From: Phycisphaerae bacterium
Lineage (GTDB): Bacteria; Planctomycetota; Phycisphaerae; UBA1845; Fen-1342
NCBI GenBank assembly: GCA_963675745.2
Contig: CAXXWX010000026.1
Coordinates: 544,001 to 608,000 of the forward strand
Direction: 5' to 3'
Length of the DNA stretch: 64,000 nucleotides
Under the pieces are notes generated by a model. The model saw nothing but the letters and a program-made list of their open reading frames with translations, made no database searches and was not told the origin of the DNA. Positions 59,443 through 64,000 of the stretch are shown here, piece by piece (positions within the stretch are counted from its first letter, which is position 1; each line of letters opens with the position of its first letter). The position numbers were made by a program, and so were the translations under genes.

Positions 59443-60667
59443 TCCTCCCCTCGCGTTTGAGCCGGTTGAAGACCTGGCAGGCCTCTGAGTTTGGGAGGAT
59501 GATCACCTGGGTTCCGTCGTTGATGAAGGGGTTGAAGATGAACTGGCTGATCGCGTCTTCCGGGAAGCCGCGCCCGCCGCGACCGTGTACGCCGCTGCCG
59601 ATGAGAATGATGTCTGTCTTCTGCTCCAGGAGGAACCTCCTGTCGCGCGGAGAGAACGAGTGTTTCTTTGGCACGGGGCGGAACGTGCCGTCCGGGAAGA
59701 TCATCACATCGAAGAGGGGTATGGGAATCCCCTTGTAGACTACGAGTCCGGAAGTATTGCACACGATGCCGTCCGCGTGGTGCTTGATCAGGCTAAAGGT
59801 CTGCGCACTGAGGGCCAGCAGCAGAATCGCAGCCATGCTGTACGAGACCCACCGGCGCTGGCTCAGGTGAAAAAGCAGAAAAAACACGATGAACCCGGCC
59901 ACTGTGAGCAAGACCACCAGCAGGCAATGGGCCATCTCAGTCAGCAGCGACGCCAGGCACAGAAAAAGGAACGCGAGAACCGTCAGGAGGATGATGGTGC
60001 TGGCCGGGTTCTCCAAATAGCCGCGCAGCGCCTTATGGCGCAGTCGGCTCCAGTCTGCCCGCAAAGCGGCCGGTGAGCTGCCGCCGACGTAGACGAGGAC
60101 AATCCCCATGATCGTGCCCCAGACGTCCTTCGCGATATCGCCCATTTCGAAGGCCCGGCCACTCAAGCCCAATTGAAAGGACTCGTCGAAGGCAGAGAAG
60201 GAGGTCGCCAGAAGAAAGGTGACAAGCATGATCCGGCTCATGCCGACACCCCGCGGAGCCAGATCGCGGTAGACCATTATGGCGAACGTGAGGTAGGCCA
60301 GATAATGCCAGTTCTGCTGAAGATCGTAAAACCCATGGCCAAAGTAGTAGTCGGCGATCTGCTGGGCCAGCGCATCCAGGAGCAGCACGAGCACCCCGGC
60401 GAGCAAGCGGATGCGTGTCAGATAGGCACGAAAATAGATCAGCCCGGCGATCAGCACGCCAGCGGCGAGCACCGGGACGACCGGTACTTCGATGCCGGCG
60501 AGTTCCACGTCGGCGCGCGACAGTCGTGCGATCGCCGGTTGGAGGAAATTCCGCAGCAGGAGGAATGGCGTCGCCACCAGCAGCATGCTGTACATGACGA
60601 GATGCAGGCGCGGCGAGTGTATCCAAGGTGTTTGCGCTGACGACTCCTGGGCGCGTCGGGCAGACAT
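59411..60667 (-). CDS. VanZ-like membrane protein fused to C-terminal Mth938-like domain
   Basis: WHYLAY, SAFDESFQ..LSGR, GDIAKD (VanZ); DIILIGSG...EACQVFNRL...VLFVLHSTC (Mth938/DUF498). Confidence 0.75.
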   Translation of the reverse strand: MSARRAQESSAQTPWIHSPRLHLVMYSMLLVATPFLLLRNFLQPAIARLSRADVELAGIEVPVVPVLAAGVLIAGLIYFRAYLTRIRLLAGVLVLLLDALAQQIADYYFGHGFYDLQQNWHYLAYLTFAIMVYRDLAPRGVGMSRIMLVTFLLATSFSAFDESFQLGLSGRAFEMGDIAKDVWGTIMGIVLVYVGGSSPAALRADWSRLRHKALRGYLENPASTIILLTVLAFLFLCLASLLTEMAHCLLVVLLTVAGFIVFFLLFHLSQRRWVSYSMAAILLLALSAQTFSLIKHHADGIVCNTSGLVVYKGIPIPLFDVMIFPDGTFRPVPKKHSFSPRDRRFLLEQKTDIILIGSGVHGRGGRGFPEDAISQFIFNPFINDGTQVIILPNSEACQVFNRLKREGRNVLFVLHSTC

Positions 60668-61050
60668 TACGCGTGTGGTCCTGTGCGTGGGCTGCAATCA
60701 GACATATGTTCGACCGCGACGCCGGCAAGGTGCCAGGCGGTGAGCACTGGCATCGACGCGATCGCAACGAGCAAGGCGATCAAGAGCACGAGACATGCTG
60801 CTCTTTGCTCGATTCAAGATGCCCGGCTGCACGCGCCGTCATAAACCCAGCCCGCCAGCCGGCAAACCACAGCATACACAGCGGCTCAAGGCGGATCAAT
60901 GCAGGCCCACAACCCCGGCGGGTGCGTGGCGTCGGCTTCCGCAGCCGGAGCTGGAGCGTCTAACTCAGATTCGCAGCGGTAGCCGGCGTGGAAACACCGC
61001 CGGGCCCGGCGCTCTGTTCACGCCGGACAGGTTTGGGCTACACTGTCCCC

Positions 61051-61806
61051 ATGAACACATCGCTCGCCCACCACAATCTCGTTCTCCTCTTGACCATCGC
61101 TCTCGTGGTTTCGCTGCTGCCCGGCGCCGATGCGCAAACGGCCGATCGCGATAAGACCCCTGGCAGCGTCGCCCTCTTCAATGGCCGCAATCTGGACGGC
61201 TGGAAGCTGCGCAACGAGGGGCAAAAGGACACCTGGAAAGTCGTTTCCCAGGTCGCGATCGACAAGGCCGATCCGAAGCGACTCATCGGCACCGGCGCGG
61301 GCGGCACGCCTGACGCCGTGCTGTTTCGCGCCCCTGTCGCGCACGGGAGTGACCTCCTGACTGAGAAGAGCTTCGGGGATTGCAGGCTGCACATTGAGCT
61401 GATGGTGCCCAAGGACAGCAACTCCGGCGTGTACCTCATGGGCCGGTACGAAGTGCAGGTCTTCGATAGTTTCGGCAAAGCGGACGACCAGATCGCGCAC
61501 AGTGACATGGGCGGCATTTACAGCGTGAAGGCCCCGGCGACCAACGCCAGCAAGGCCCCCGGCCAGTGGCAGTCGCTGGACATTATCTTCCGCGCGCCGC
61601 GTTTCGACGCCGCCGGCAACAAGACCGAGAACGCACGGTTTGTGAAGGTCGCGTTGAATGGCAAAACGATTCAGAAGAACGTCGAGGTGAAGGGGCCAAC
61701 TGGTGGCGAACTGCCGGGCGGCGAAAAGCCCACCGGCCCGTTGATGCTCCAGGGCGACCACGGCGTCGTGGCGTATCGGAACATCATCATCGAACCGGTA
61801 AAGTGA
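61051..61806 (+). CDS. DUF1080 (3-keto-disaccharide hydrolase-like) secreted protein
   Basis: LFNGRNLDGW, SNSGVYL, YEVQV, GQWQSLDI, LQGDHG.V.YRNI. Confidence 0.9.
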   Translation: MNTSLAHHNLVLLLTIALVVSLLPGADAQTADRDKTPGSVALFNGRNLDGWKLRNEGQKDTWKVVSQVAIDKADPKRLIGTGAGGTPDAVLFRAPVAHGSDLLTEKSFGDCRLHIELMVPKDSNSGVYLMGRYEVQVFDSFGKADDQIAHSDMGGIYSVKAPATNASKAPGQWQSLDIIFRAPRFDAAGNKTENARFVKVALNGKTIQKNVEVKGPTGGELPGGEKPTGPLMLQGDHGVVAYRNIIIEPVK

Positions 61807-61941
61807 GCCGGGATCGTCGCTGGAGGCGCATTCGGGCGACCTGAGCGACAGGGCGGCGCTGGGACGCTGCAGCCGTCAGCGATAGCCTCTGTCAGGATCG
61901 CCAGCCGTGAACCCGCTGATGGACACAAAGGAGAACCCGCC

Positions 61942-63288
61942 ATGTCGAAGAGCACGATTTCGCGCCGCACGTTCCTGGGCGGGGCCGCCTCGGCCGCCGC
62001 GTTCACCATCGTGCCAGCCCATGTTCTCGGTGGAGCGCGCGGGCAAGCGCCCAGCGAGAAGCTGAACATCGCCGGGATCGGCGTCGGCGGGATGGGGCAC
62101 GTCAACCTGAACAACCTCGCCACCGAGAACATAGTGGCCTTGTGCGATGTGGATCCCAACTACGCGGCCAAATCCTTCAACAAGTTTCCCGAGGCGCGCG
62201 TGTGGACCGACTACCGCGAGATGCTGGAGAAGCAGAAAGACATCGACGCCGTGCTCATCGCAACGCCGGACCACACGCACGCGGTCATCGCGATGGCCGC
62301 GATGAATGCCGGAAAACACGTGTATCTCCAGAAACCGCTCTCACACGATATATATGAGGCCCGCGCGCTGGCCAAGGGGGCCCGCGAGGCGAACGTGATC
62401 ACGCAGATGGGGATTCAGGGCCATTCCGACGAGGGCGTGCGGCTTATTTGCGAGTGGATTGCGGACGGCGCGATTGGCGAGGTACGCGAGGTGGACGTCT
62501 GGTGCAACGACTCGTACTACCCGTGGGGCCACGCCGGCTGGAGCCCCGCGAAGCCCGAGCGCCCCACGGACACTCCGCCGCCACCGGCTGGCATGGATTG
62601 GGATCTGTGGATCGGGCCGGCGCCCCTGCGGCCGTATCATCGCTCATATCACCCGATGTCCTGGCGGGCGTGGTGGGACTTCGGCTCCGGTTGGATGGCG
62701 GATCGTGGCGCGCACCAGATCGACCCGGCGTTTTGGGCGCTTAAGCTCGGCCTGCCAACGAGCGTCGAGGCGACTTCGCTCGGCCAAACCGACGAGACGC
62801 ACGCGATTGCGGCGATCGTCACGTTCCAATTCCCGGCTCGCGAAAATCTGCCGCCCGTCAAGCTGACCTGGTACGAGGGTCTGCGGGCCCCGCGACCCGA
62901 GGAGCTGGAACAGGGCCGAAGAATGGGCGACAGCGAAGGTGGAGCGCTGTTCAAGGGAACAAAGGGCAAGATCATGTGCGGGACATACGGCAACAGCCCG
63001 CGCCTGATCCCCGAGAGCCGTATGCAGGAATACCAGCGGCCAGAGAAGACCATCCCGCGCGTGGCGGACAATCACGAACAGGAGTGGGTACGCGCGTGCA
63101 AGGAGGGCCGGCCGGCCGGTGCCAATTTCGACTATTCAGCGCCGCTGACCGAGATCTGCCTGCTCGGCGTGATTGCCAGGCGGATGGACGCCCGTATCGA
63201 GTGGGATGCGGCGAACATGGCGGTTTCAAACCTGCCCGAAGCAAACAAGTATGTGCGGCGGGAGTACCGGGCCGGGTGGAGTCTGTAG
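61942..63288 (+). CDS. Gfo/Idh/MocA-family oxidoreductase with Tat signal
   Basis: SRRTFLGG, GIGVGGMG, ATPDHTH, HVYLQKPL, WDLWIGPAP, WRAWWDFGSG. Confidence 0.93.
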   Translation: MSKSTISRRTFLGGAASAAAFTIVPAHVLGGARGQAPSEKLNIAGIGVGGMGHVNLNNLATENIVALCDVDPNYAAKSFNKFPEARVWTDYREMLEKQKDIDAVLIATPDHTHAVIAMAAMNAGKHVYLQKPLSHDIYEARALAKGAREANVITQMGIQGHSDEGVRLICEWIADGAIGEVREVDVWCNDSYYPWGHAGWSPAKPERPTDTPPPPAGMDWDLWIGPAPLRPYHRSYHPMSWRAWWDFGSGWMADRGAHQIDPAFWALKLGLPTSVEATSLGQTDETHAIAAIVTFQFPARENLPPVKLTWYEGLRAPRPEELEQGRRMGDSEGGALFKGTKGKIMCGTYGNSPRLIPESRMQEYQRPEKTIPRVADNHEQEWVRACKEGRPAGANFDYSAPLTEICLLGVIARRMDARIEWDAANMAVSNLPEANKYVRREYRAGWSL

Positions 63289-63552
63289 TGTGGTCATCGC
63301 ATGTCTGAGCTGCTACCCGCGATCTGATTCGAACAATGCGCGCTGCCGGCGATGACCTTCCAGAGGCCGAGACGCGAGTAATGCGACAACGCGAAATCAC
63401 GCCGCCGCGACCGAAACTGCGATTCGGGGGCCGCGTGATCTTGCTAGTGGTGCTCCTCTCAGCGTGATTCAAGTTCCGGTTCGGGCCAGGCTGTCGATCT
63501 GCTAGACTTGTGGGGTGACAGTCGCTAGCGTGCAGCCTTGGGAGATCGCGCC

Positions 63553-64000
63553 ATGCGTTCATCTCAGCAGTCAATCCGGCTTGTCCTAATCGCGTTGGGC
63601 CTGGCCGCGCGGGTCGCCCCGAGCCTGGCGGAAATCACGGTTGACCCGTGGGTGCCCCTCTACCGAGGCGCGGACCACGCGGTTGGATACGCCGATACGG
63701 ACGAAATACGGCCACAACTTGTCAACTGTCTACGGATAGACCTTGCGGATTTGGACATCCAGTTTGTCGCCACGCCGTCCAACGATCCTGCCCCGCTCGA
63801 AACCCTCTCAGCGACAGGGAGTCAGTTCCTGGCCGCCACAGGAGCTCATGCGGGCGTAAACACGAGCTTCTACGTGCCCTGCTGCTCAACGCTGCCGGAA
63901 AACAAAGACCTGATCGGCCTGGCCGTGTCCGATGGGGAGCTTGTTTCGCCAGCACAAGCGGATGCCCGCGCCGCGGTTCTCATCGACGTGGTGAACCAGG
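63553..64000 (+). CDS. Phosphodiester glycosidase (NAGPA-like) family secreted protein, partial (runs off right edge)
   Basis: Manual translation MRSSQQSIRLVLIALG...LRIDL...AGVNTSFY...GLAVSDGELVSP; RBS GGAG. Confidence 0.65.
   Translation, partial: MRSSQQSIRLVLIALGLAARVAPSLAEITVDPWVPLYRGADHAVGYADTDEIRPQLVNCLRIDLADLDIQFVATPSNDPAPLETLSATGSQFLAATGAHAGVNTSFYVPCCSTLPENKDLIGLAVSDGELVSPAQADARAAVLIDVVNQ

Noticed and set aside
60666..60790. About 40-aa hydrophobic ORF on the minus strand ending TAATG at the VanZ start
   Set aside because: No clear start or RBS, and too short to support without homologs

Overview
GC-rich bacterial chromosome segment, most consistent with a planctomycete (Phycisphaerae-like). 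That assignment is inferred from the PEP-CTERM proteins, DCNxNG Ca-binding repeats, dockerin-like tails, PurS-PurL fusion, DUF1080 and DUF2617. Left to right: 5' half of smc; three paralogous PEP-CTERM genes, each with its own promoter, conserved leader and terminator; a membrane/spermidine-synthase-like/TPR fusion; ribF, purL, accA; a DUF2617 gene; a half-length uvrA; a Zn-ribbon-TPR-TPR operon; a sigma54-led flagellar cluster (flgF,G,A,H,I,J-like,N,K,L, fliW, csrA, two flagellins); a PfkB kinase; an orphan lipoprotein with a caspase/gingipain-like His-Cys dyad; tdk-nupC; a GNAT; a czcCBA-type metal efflux operon with extra small genes; two large secreted repeat proteins; a TPR gene plus a VanZ-Mth938 fusion; DUF1080 plus Gfo/Idh/MocA; and the start of a phosphodiester glycosidase gene. 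No rRNA, tRNA, CRISPR array or transposase was recognised. The strongest candidates for undescribed biology are (i) the two repeat proteins, which share an identical 44-bp leader and an N-terminal domain but carry different payloads, one with position-specific hypervariable propeller blades, (ii) the conserved cis-element in front of the PEP-CTERM trio, (iii) the single-NBD UvrA, and (iv) the putative clan CD peptidase lipoprotein. All family calls come from motif recognition by eye; no database searches were run.
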